Assembly (NCBI RefSeq): GCF_001194135.2
Contig: NC_068983.1
Location: forward strand, 34,901,888-34,936,714
Direction of reading: 5' to 3'
From: Octopus bimaculoides
Taxonomy: Eukaryota
DNA length: 34,827 nucleotides
Below are positions 23,704 through 33,099 of the stretch, in pieces; position 1 is the first letter of the stretch; each line of letters opens with the position of its first letter. The position numbers and the translations under genes are program-made. The notes below the pieces were generated by a model. It saw nothing but the letters and a program-made list of their open reading frames with translations. It was not told the origin of the DNA and ran no database searches.

Positions 23704-24418
23704 TGAATAGAGGCAGTATGTGTCAGAGAGGAGAGAGAAGAGTAGGGGAGTCAAATGAAGAGAGGAGGGAAGTTGAGTTTATGTGCTGCAAATGAGCGAA
23801 GAGAGAAGATTAATTCTTGTTCACGGCGAAGGCACAAAGACAATCCGAACACCGACAGGTGTTGTAGTGAATGGAGGGTAGGGCGCAAATGGCGCGAGAT
23901 CGGGGTGTCATTGCTGAGTCTGATGTCTCGGAAGTGCTCTGCGAACCGGGCAGCCAAGCGGCGTTCCGTTTGACCGATGTACAGAGAAGGTCAGAAAGAG
24001 CAGGAGATGTAGTAAATGACGTTGCTAGAAGAGCAGATCAAGAAAAGTCGGTGATATGATAGGAGCGATGACAAGTGCTTGTGAGAATGGTGGTGTTGGA
24101 AAGGCACGGGCAAGTGCGGCAATGTGAACGGGAGCAGAGGAACGAGCAAGGTTAAGAGGTGGCGTTAGGGAAGAAATTATGGACCAAGAGGTCATATAGG
24201 TTGTGGACTCGTTTGAAGGCGGGAAGGGGTAGGTTGGGGAAGATGTACGAAGTGGAGTGGTCGGACTGGAGTCGCCGGAAGGCTCGCAGAATGATGCGTT
24301 TGTGTGTATACACACACACACTCACGAATATATATAAATATACATACATACATACATACATACATACAGACACGTACACACACATACATATATATATACA
24401 TACACACACATATATATA

Positions 24419-25249
24419 CAACGTGCGGTGGGTAAATTGTCACCATTTTATATTATTAATTTCGCGTATGCGCATTGTTTGTTTTTAATTTGTCGACCCT
24501 CCTGTACACAGTACAGAAGGGTCAGTTAGTCACCGTCTGTGAGGAAAACAGTGCCAGGATACATTTTACTCTGCCAGGAATTTAGAAACGATATGCTGTA
24601 CTGCTTGGCATTTGCGCCGCAATCCCCAATACGAACATTTCAGAGTGTTTGGGTGTCTATCTGAAGACTTGGCGTGTCCCCAAAATATATAGAGTGATAA
24701 AAATCAAACATCCAGTAAACATCATAGCGTGATGGTAACGTTATGCCCCTATTCATCGTCTCACGCAGGTCTCAAACTCAAAACAGAGGGTGGCCAAGAG
24801 GGTGACTGCTGGAAGACCCTACGTCTGGCAACAGGACTCTGCACCATGCCACACAAGCAGGAGATACCCAGTCATGGCTATCAGACAATTTCTACGACCA
24901 CATCACCCCTAACATTTGGACACCTAACTCCAACACTGCAATCCACTTGATTAATATGTGTGGGATGTAGTTGAGCGAGATAGCACAGAAACGCTTTGTA
25001 AGACCAAAGATGAACTGAAGGCAATGACTGCGGCAGCACTCACCAACTTAAACAAGAAGACCGTCCAGAAGATTCCGAAGTCTTCTGGAGCCCGTGCTTG
25101 ATACCAATGACGATTTTATTGAATGAATTTACTCTTTATTATATCAAAATATATTCATGTAATTTTGGTAAATATATATGTTGAAATAAGATGTCAGTAT
25201 TATTTTCCCGTTTGCATAGTGAAGACGACAGTTTCTTCACTGCATTCTG
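24419..25249 (+). mobile_element. Internally deleted Tc1/mariner DD37D (maT-type) transposon with both TIRs
   Basis: 5' end TA|CAACGTGCGGTGGGTAAATTGTC and reverse complement of 3' end CAGAATGCAGTGAAGAAACTGTC are imperfect TIRs; N-terminal KRYAVLLGICAAIPNTNISECLGVYLKT joined directly to KIKHPVNI; catalytic region GRPYVWQQDSAPCHTSRR/TQSWLSDNFYDHITPNIWTPNS/HCNPLD*YVWDVVER gives 37 residues between the 2nd and 3rd Asp after correcting two frameshifts. Confidence 0.85.
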
Positions 25250-25380
25250 TGTATGTATGTATGTATGTATGTATGTATGTATGTATGTATGTATGTATGT
25301 ATGCATGTATGTATGTATGTATATGTGTATGTATGTATGTATGTATGCATGTATGTATGTATGTATGTATGTATGTATGT
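25250..25380. repeat. (TATG)n microsatellite
   Basis: Direct reading. Confidence 0.95.
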
Positions 25381-25771
25381 GAATGGAAAGAGACCCCGGC
25401 AGAAACCAAGGCTGCAATTTAAAGAGTGTGTCAAGTCTTCTTCAAAGGCCTGTGATATGCAGGATACTGACTGGGAGAGCAATGCCTGTCATCGCCACAG
25501 ATGGAGGAAGCAGGTTAAGGAGGGGGTTGACACTCTTGAGAGAGCACGTATTCTGCATGAAGAACTTAAGCGTGCTGCTCGAATGCGCATTACTTGTGTA
25601 GTGAATGGAGAGATCTTGGTTTGCAATGCTTGCAGTCGTGTATGCTTGTCAGAGCAAGGTTCATTAGGCACCAACGGAACCGCAAATGCAAAATATAAGT
25701 TAGTCCTAGAGCGAACAATGTTCCTGAAGGTCAGCAATGGTCTTCCTCGGTCACGAGTGGACGGCCATCAA
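25379..25771 (+). mobile_element. RTE (BovB-like) LINE 3' end with C-terminal zinc-finger remnant
   Basis: GKRPRQKPRLQFKECVKSS..WESNACHRHRWRKQVKEG..CNACSRVCLS..(frameshift)IRHQR matches the RTE pattern G.RP.G....RYKD..W...A.DR..WR..CxxCxRxCxSxxGLxxH. Confidence 0.85.
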
Positions 25772-26283
25772 CATGTATGTATGTATGTTACAGGATCACT
25801 ACATGGACTTGAATCTATAGACCTAACGAGGTGCAAAGTTTGATGTTTTAAAGCAACTGATGTAGTGATGAATGATAATCAATAGAAATAGATGATTAAT
25901 TCGTAACTACATTTCAATGTTGTATTTGTTCAAATGATTGATGATGGACAGCTGATGTAATATATAGGTAAAATATTCGAAAGCATTTCTTCATACCGTC
26001 GGTTAGCAATAGGAATTATCATTACTGACTGAAAAACAATTTTAAAAACCGTGATATTTTCATTGCTCTAATTCCTGATGTAAGGCTGCAAGTTAGAGTG
26101 GAGAAAAGGTCTTGCTGATGTATTCATAAATTTATGGTAGATGTGAATGTGTTTGAAATGCAGTACATTCAAGAATAAACCAGCCTCGTTTAGAGTTAGC
26201 TTCAACGGCGAATCAGCTAATGTTGTAGAAAGATATAATAGCTATTGGAATAACACGCTGTCAGTTTTTTGTGTTCCTAATAG

Positions 26284-26399
26284 AAGTGCTTATTCGACGT
26301 AAACTAGATATGGAAGCAGCAGAGATTTTGGTGCAAGCGTACTTAATTGAAATGCTACTTATGCTGACGATTTTCAAAAATCCGGCAATTATTATAACG
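26284..26399 (+). CDS. Candidate internal exon (116 nt, phase 1 to 0), product unknown
   Basis: Acceptor cagttttttgtgttcctaatag, donor ACG|gtaagc; one open frame only, xVLIRRKLDMEAAEILVQAYLIEMLLMLTIFKNPAIIIT; lies in sequence with no recognised repeat. Confidence 0.35.
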
Positions 26400-27110
26400 G
26401 TAAGCATAAAGGTGTAACTCGAATCCATTGAAGAAATTTTTCTTCTAATAATATATATGTACATATATGAGTGCGTTTGTGTCTTTGTGTGGTACTAAAT
26501 GCATGTGTGCTTGTGTGCGTGTGTGTGTTTATGTGTGTATGTCTATGTGTGTGCCTGTGTTCGTGTTTATACGTATGTACAAGTGTTTATATGCGTATCC
26601 GTGTGTGGGGGCAGGGTGCAAATACAAGGTGCCTGCAAGACAGAAGATGAAACACTGCATATTTCTGAATTCTGAATTATGCGAAATTTATGGTATTGAA
26701 AGACAGTTATTTTGTAAGATTTGTAGTTATTCTACATGTCGCGTAACACTCCTAGGTGATATGTTTCCCTATCACTTTACTATTGGAGAAACAGGATCAG
26801 GTATAAATAAATGTGTTATAGATATAGAGGGTATATGAAAAGCCTTTACACTGTATGAGATTAAGCACTTACATATCATGATATATTATAGAAGTGATTA
26901 TCACGTTTCTATGCAAACAGAGCGAGAGAAAGAAGCAGAGAAAGAAAGAAGGTGATAGAAAGAAGAAGAAAGTTGGAAAGAAAAAGTGCTAAGCAGCACG
27001 TGAGAATACGAGAAACAGAAACACACATCTGCACAAAACAATAATACATCCATTTGTATCTCGATATATGCATATTTTACGTAATTATACATATATGTAT
27101 ATGTATATCA

Positions 27111-27112
<2 letters not shown>

Positions 27113-27166
<54 letters not shown>

Positions 27167-27450
27167 ATATGTATATGNNNNNNNNNNNNNNNNNNNNNNN
27201 NNNNNNNNNNNNNNNNNNNNNNNNNNNNNNNNNNNNNNNNNNNNNNNNNNNNNNNNNNNNNNNNNNNNNNNNNNNNNNNNNNNNNNNNNNNNNNNNNNNN
27301 NNNNNNNNNNNNNNNNNNNNNNNNNNNNNNNNNNNNNNNNNNNNNNNNNNNNNNNNNNNNNNNNNNNNNNNNNNNNNNNNNNNNNNNNNNNNNNNNNNNN
27401 NNNNNNNNNNNNNNNNNNNNNNNNNNNNNNNNNNNNNNNNNNNNNNNNNN

Positions 27451-27520
<70 letters not shown>

Positions 27521-27530
27521 TATATGTATG
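27113..27530. repeat. (TA)n/(TG)n - assembly gap (27178-27450) - (TA)n/(TATG)n
   Basis: Direct reading. Confidence 0.95.
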
Positions 27531-27566
27531 TACATATTGCATTTCTAAATTACTCAGATACTTAAT

Positions 27567-27615
27567 CAGCATGGCCGCAGCTCTAAGCTGAAACAATAAT
27601 AAAAAAAAATTAAAA
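27567..27615 (+). mobile_element. SINE 3' tail fragment (family B-like)
   Basis: CAGCATGGCCGCAGCTCTAAGCTGAAACAA plus A-rich tail resembles CAGCATGACCGCAGTCAAATGACTGAAACAA at 34561-34591. Confidence 0.55.
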
Positions 27616-27616
27616 A

Positions 27617-27890
27617 ATAAAAAAATAGCAGCACAATAAAGAGATGGTTTGTTGCCAACTTAATGTGGCAGTCCCAGGAAAGGTAAGAAAGCTACTGCTA
27701 GTTAGCCCCAGGAAACCTCGTTCCCAGTTGGCTATGTGACACAAGCGTTCTTTGCTCGTAAGTTTTCAAACAAACGTAATAAGGAAATCCAATATCCAGA
27801 GACTAGTTTCAGAGTCATTGCTCTTCATCAGTCTGGAGTAGGTTGGCTTGCTAGCTGCCGATGGCTATTCGTCTTTGAAAACTTATAGAA
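27617..27890 (-). mobile_element. Non-coding hammerhead-bearing interspersed element (PLE terminal repeat or retrozyme-like)
   Basis: Contains an intact hammerhead; 27617-27735 aligns with 34688-34827 (GCAC.ATAAAG..TTGCCA.CTTAA.TGTGGC..TTAGCCCCAGGA..CCAG.T). Confidence 0.7.
27795..27837 (-). ncRNA. Minimal type I hammerhead ribozyme with intact core
   Basis: Minus strand UCCAGA CUGAUGA AGAG-CAAUGA-CUCU GAAAC UA GUC UCUGGA: 6-bp stem I, canonical CUGAUGA/GAAA core, 4-bp stem II, palindromic ACUAGU stem III, GUC triplet; predicted cleavage between 27801 and 27800. Confidence 0.9.
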
Positions 27891-27954
27891 TTTCAAGTGA
27901 AATAAATTCACTGATCTACAAAATTAGAAATGTTGCATTTCTAAATCTCTCTCA

Positions 27955-28455
27955 TATATATATANNNNNNNNNNNNNNNNNNNNNNNNNNNNNNNNNNNN
28001 NNNNNNNNNNNNNNNNNNNNNNNNNNNNNNNNNNNNNNNNNNNNNNNNNNNNNNNNNNNNNNNNNNNNNNNNNNNNNNNNNNNNNNNNNNNNNNNNNNNN
28101 NNNNNNNNNNNNNNNNNNNNNNNNNNNNNNNNNNNNNNNNNNNNNNNNNNNNNNNNNNNNNNNNNNNNNNNNNNNNNNNNNNNNNNNNNNNNNNNNNNNN
28201 NNNNNNNNNNNNNNNNNNNNNNNNNNNNNNNNNNNNNNNNNNNNNNNNNNNNNNNNNNNNNNNNNNNNNNNNNNNNNNNNNNNNNNNNNNNNNNNNNNNN
28301 NNNNNNNNNNNNNNNNNNNNNNNNNNNNNNNNNNNNNNNNNNNNNNNNNNNNNNNNNNNNNNNNNNNNNNNNNNNNNNNNNNNNNNNNNNNNNNNNNNNN
28401 NNNNNNNNNNNNNNNNNNNNNNNNNNNNNNNNNNNNNNNNNNNNNNNNNNNNNNN
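27955..28455. other. (TA)n followed by assembly gap (27965-28455)
   Basis: N run. Confidence 1.
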
Positions 28456-28556
28456 TGTCTGCGTGTATGTAAAGATCCGCTACTAGATTCAATATATCGT
28501 TCGTGTTCTTTCTCAACGTTTAATTCTTTTTTACCATGTTTCCTTATAATTCTCTT

Positions 28557-28700
28557 ATCATCATCATCCACCCGATCATCATCATCCACCCGATCATCAT
28601 CATCCACCCGATCATCATGATCCACCCGATCATCATCATCCACCCGATCATCATCATCCACCCGATCATCATCATCCACCCGATCATCATCATCCACCCG
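28557..28700. repeat. 18-bp minisatellite ATCATCATCATCCACCCG, 8 copies
   Basis: Eight consecutive units, one with a single C>G change, grading into (ATC/ATT)n. Confidence 0.95.
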
Positions 28701-28864
28701 ATCATCATCACCATCTTCATCATCATTATTATCATTATTATCAACGTTCTCTCCTTCTTTTCTCCCAGTGCACCAGTAGAATTTAAGACGATTTAAGCGA
28801 ATTTTCCTTTCCATCATCGTTCTTTTCTTCTATTACTATTTTAACATTAACAAACATCATACTT

Positions 28865-28911
28865 TACTACTGCTCCTACTACTACTTCTACTACTACTAC
28901 TACTACTACTT

Positions 28912-28972
<61 letters not shown>

Positions 28973-29122
28973 CACTGTTGTTGCTGCTGCTGCTGCTACT
29001 ACTAATAATAATAGTGAGAAGAAGAAGAAGAAGAAGAAGAAGAAGAAGAAGAAGAAGAAGAAGAAGAAGAAGAAGAAGAAGAAGAAAAAGAAGAAGAAGA
29101 AGAAGAAGAAGAAGAAGAAGGC
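28865..29122. repeat. Compound trinucleotide array (CTA)n-(CCA)n-(CTG)n-(TAA)n-(GAA)n
   Basis: Direct reading; source of the poly-F/L/R/S/V ORFs. Confidence 0.95.
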
Positions 29123-31087
29123 TACTGCTACAACTGGTGATGCTGAAGCGTTTGCTGGTATTACTTCTATTGGTGCTGCTATTCTTTTCATCTCGTTTGG
29201 TTTCCACTGGCATCTTTCTTTTTGTAAGACATTTAAAGAGCAGAATGTTTTTTTCCCTTCGTATTCACAAGAGAGAGAAAAGGACAGAGAGAGATAGAGA
29301 GAAAGAGTGAGATGGAGAGAAGGGGGAGAGAGAGAAGTTGAAGTCGACAGTCCGGCAGAGACGAAGACAAAGTGACAGAGATAGAAATGGACAGTTTGTA
29401 ATATAAGTATGTGAATACAAATAAGCGTTTTTGTCACATCAGTGAAATCTAACAAATTAGCTAGTTGGCCAGTTTATAACAATTATAATAAATAGAATCT
29501 CTATTTTCCTGTTGACTTGATATGTCGCAGATCAAACAAGCTCGGACAATATTCAGTTTCGTTGCTTCAAACAGTCACTCTAACAGATAATATGTTTGCT
29601 TGAGTAAGTCAGTGAGAAATAACATCCATAAAGAGAAGTGATAATAGGTCAGTGATATTTGACACTTGAAACTTCATAGTTTAACTTGAATAACATGAAG
29701 AACGATAGTGAACAATCTTAAAAGAATAAGAAAATATAAGATTGACCAGCTATTCTTAAAAGGTCTTGTTTCTTGTCTAATGGAACGCAATTGTTTTGTT
29801 TTATTCTTAGTATTTTTTCTTGTTTCACTTTTGTCATAAAGTCATTCGTAAATATAGTGACAGAGAGTTAATTTAGCTGGCATCACTTTATTATCTGCGC
29901 TATTTTATAAACTCCACAAGATGAATAAGGAGTGAGGTTGAAAATTTTGAGATTGAACTCTTAAAATGTTTAGCTTGCTAGAAGCCCCAACTAAATTTTC
30001 GTCATATCCTTCATATTTCCTAATGCCCTCAAAATGAATGACACATTTAGAGAATGTGCTCATACTTACATTACATCTTAAAAACAGCAGCAAAGTCACA
30101 GCTACTAAATAACACCAAACTTTTGTTTGATGTCTATGTGTGTGCATATGCGTACGTTCAGCCCTAGAACAGTCCTGAATATAGAAATGACATTTCCAGC
30201 CTCGACCATCCCGGATTGTATTAGGATTGCTGCCCGAGTGTTCAAGTTCGCGCATGAATCCGGTGCGTGCATGTTTGTACTCTTTGTACGATTTGTTCCA
30301 CGAAATGTACTCTCACTTCCTTTTACTTGTTTTTGTTTGACATACTTTGTATTTCATGCTCGCAAATGATGACCAAACTCTTATTGTAGCACCGATATAT
30401 ACACATATACACCTATATGCATACAAATATATTTTCATATTATTACGTGTCTTGTTCATTCTATGTGTTTATATCACATCAAATGAAACATTATTTCTAT
30501 TTTACGCATCATAAAGCTTCAGGTATCACAGACATGCTAGCAAATATATTTTTCACTATATATAATTAATTCACTTGCACATATTCAAGATATAACTATT
30601 TGAAATAAATAGCTATATGGAAGTTCATATAATTTTTTATTGAGTCATTTATCTCTAAGAGTGCAACCTCTTACTTTCCACTAATTACCTTCTCCTAATT
30701 ACTACGACCAACGCAACAGACGCTTAGCAAAAGAAATAATCGTAATTAGCTAGCATAATTATAACAATGACTAGATTGTCTAATTAGGATTAATATTTAG
30801 CATGTATGATTTAAGGTAGAATGAACTGAAATTGTCAAACGAGCAAAAGTCGTGAATTCGTAAATTTCTTTTTCAACACATGAAAATGCCAACTTATCAG
30901 AGCTAGCTTGCAGAAACAGTATTTAGCTGATGATGTCTAATAGAGTGAAACATAGCCATAGCTGTCCCTTGCCAACAAACAATGATGAAACTCTTCAGTG
31001 ATGTAAATTATATTTAAGAAATAAATTTTAAGTTGTTTCTAAATTATCTAAATTATATCTTAAGAGTCACGAGCAGTTGGGACTAGT

Positions 31088-31094
<7 letters not shown>

Positions 31095-31133
<39 letters not shown>

Positions 31134-32025
31134 NNNNNNNNNNNNNNNNNNNNNNNNNNNNNNNNNNNNNNNNNNNNNNNNNNNNNNNNNNNNNNNNNNN
31201 NNNNNNNNNNNNNNNNNNNNNNNNNNNNNNNNNNNNNNNNNNNNNNNNNNNNNNNNNNNNNNNNNNNNNNNNNNNNNNNNNNNNNNNNNNNNNNNNNNNN
31301 NNNNNNNNNNNNNNNNNNNNNNNNNNNNNNNNNNNNNNNNNNNNNNNNNNNNNNNNNNNNNNNNNNNNNNNNNNNNNNNNNNNNNNNNNNNNNNNNNNNN
31401 NNNNNNNNNNNNNNNNNNNNNNNNNNNNNNNNNNNNNNNNNNNNNNNNNNNNNNNNNNNNNNNNNNNNNNNNNNNNNNNNNNNNNNNNNNNNNNNNNNNN
31501 NNNNNNNNNNNNNNNNNNNNNNNNNNNNNNNNNNNNNNNNNNNNNNNNNNNNNNNNNNNNNNNNNNNNNNNNNNNNNNNNNNNNNNNNNNNNNNNNNNNN
31601 NNNNNNNNNNNNNNNNNNNNNNNNNNNNNNNNNNNNNNNNNNNNNNNNNNNNNNNNNNNNNNNNNNNNNNNNNNNNNNNNNNNNNNNNNNNNNNNNNNNN
31701 NNNNNNNNNNNNNNNNNNNNNNNNNNNNNNNNNNNNNNNNNNNNNNNNNNNNNNNNNNNNNNNNNNNNNNNNNNNNNNNNNNNNNNNNNNNNNNNNNNNN
31801 NNNNNNNNNNNNNNNNNNNNNNNNNNNNNNNNNNNNNNNNNNNNNNNNNNNNNNNNNNNNNNNNNNNNNNNNNNNNNNNNNNNNNNNNNNNNNNNNNNNN
31901 NNNNNNNNNNNNNNNNNNNNNNNNNNNNNNNNNNNNNNNNNNNNNNNNNNNNNNNNNNNNNNNNNNNNNNNNNNNNNNNNNNNNNNNNNNNNNNNNNNNN
32001 NNNNNNNNNNNNNNNNNNNNNNNNN

Positions 32026-32091
<66 letters not shown>

Positions 32092-32095
32092 GTGT
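31095..32095. repeat. (CT)n - assembly gap (31134-32025) - (GT)n
   Basis: Direct reading. Confidence 0.95.
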
Positions 32096-32429
32096 AAGGA
32101 GAAAAGGCAGGTTTGAAAATTCCAGGCAGACATTAATAGCTTTAAACGAATTTGGTCAACTATATCCAACAATCAGACACCTAAAATGCAAGGAGAATAA
32201 ACATCGAAGGTTATTCCTCATGTATAACATGTAGATCCAAATGTCACTTAAAAACATTTCAAGTCAGAGTATCAGATATTTACATTCTTAATTTACATAG
32301 TGAATTTCTAGAATTAGAGGTGGATTGCATATTTGAGATGACGCTCTATTCACTATTTATTGGTCTAATAAGGTTAATTTTGATAGGACCCCGGAAAAAA
32401 CTTTTCAAATTCTCCTTGCGTCCAAATGG

Positions 32430-32880
32430 TTATACTAAGGTTAACTTCTTTGATGTTGCTCAGGATTTAAGAACTGTACTATATCAACCATATCATAAAC
32501 CAAATGAGTGCTTAAGGTGTGTGAATAAATGTTCTAATCATCTTAGAAGCATCATAAACTGAAAGGATATACGCTCTCCTTGAACGGAACTCTATCCTTC
32601 CACAAGCTCAAAACGGTTGTAAAAGAAATGCTTATGGGTGCAAAGACCAATATCAAATAAATAAAATAATTGTGGAGTATTGGCGAAGCAAAAACATGAA
32701 CCTGAGTATGGCATGGATACACTACAGGAAAGCGTTTGATAGTGTTCCACATAAATGGCTACTCAAAGCCCCTGAGATATACAAGATCACTCTTATCATC
32801 TCCAAATTCTTACAAGGTAGCATGGCCAAGTGAGACACACGTCTCTTTCTAAACCATAGTAATGAGATGAGTAAATCAAC
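32430..32880 (+). mobile_element. R4/Dong-like (RLE-clade) non-LTR reverse transcriptase fragment
   Basis: Open stretch 32561-32832: ERIYALLERNSILPQAQNGCKRNAYGCKDQYQINKIIVEYWRSKNMNLSMAWIHYRKAFDSVPHKWLLKAPEIYKI matches EQKGC...YGCKDQL.INK..NLS.AWIDY.KAFDSVPH.W. Confidence 0.85.
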
Positions 32881-33099
32881 AACATATGTGTTCGTGTACT
32901 AGATATATTTTCTTAGTTCACTTTGAATTTCGGATCGCCTTGCAAACGTTGAATTAACGTGTATTTTCGGATGTATTTATTTGAATGAGTTTTTCTGTAT
33001 CTAAATATGTTGATATAACAGAAACGACCGTCGGCACTGTATAATGAATTCAACAATTAAAGATATGATTTTCTCCATCTGTATTTTTTTTTCTGGACT

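Larger units (their letters stand above)
22929..24300 (-). mobile_element. Penelope-like element copy 2 (5'-truncated): RT-EN linker, GIY-YIG endonuclease, low-complexity 3' region and terminal hammerhead motif
   Basis: RIILRAFRRLQSDHSTSYIFPNLPLPAFKRVHNLYDLLVHN, ARFAEHFRDIRLSNDTPISRH..HSLQHLSVFGLSLCLRREQELIFSLRSFAAHKLN; 3' end runs into (TA)n. Confidence 0.9.

Noticed and set aside
28557-28700. Regular repeat array considered as CRISPR-like
   Set aside because: No unique spacers, no cas genes and a eukaryotic context; it is a plain tandem minisatellite
29531-29603. Segment between cgcag| and |gtaagt
   Set aside because: All three frames contain or end in a stop codon
30915-30970. CTGATGA-TGTCTAATAGAGT-GAAACATAGCC, hammerhead-like spacing
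   Set aside because: Stem II pairs at only 2 bp, and there is no NUH triplet and no stem I; at best a heavily decayed motif
1186-32234. Long ORFs of 100-412 aa in the track (e.g. 2012-3250, 18022-18898, 22140-23304, 31077-32234)
   Set aside because: They are open only because N runs and stop-free microsatellites translate as X or dipeptide repeats
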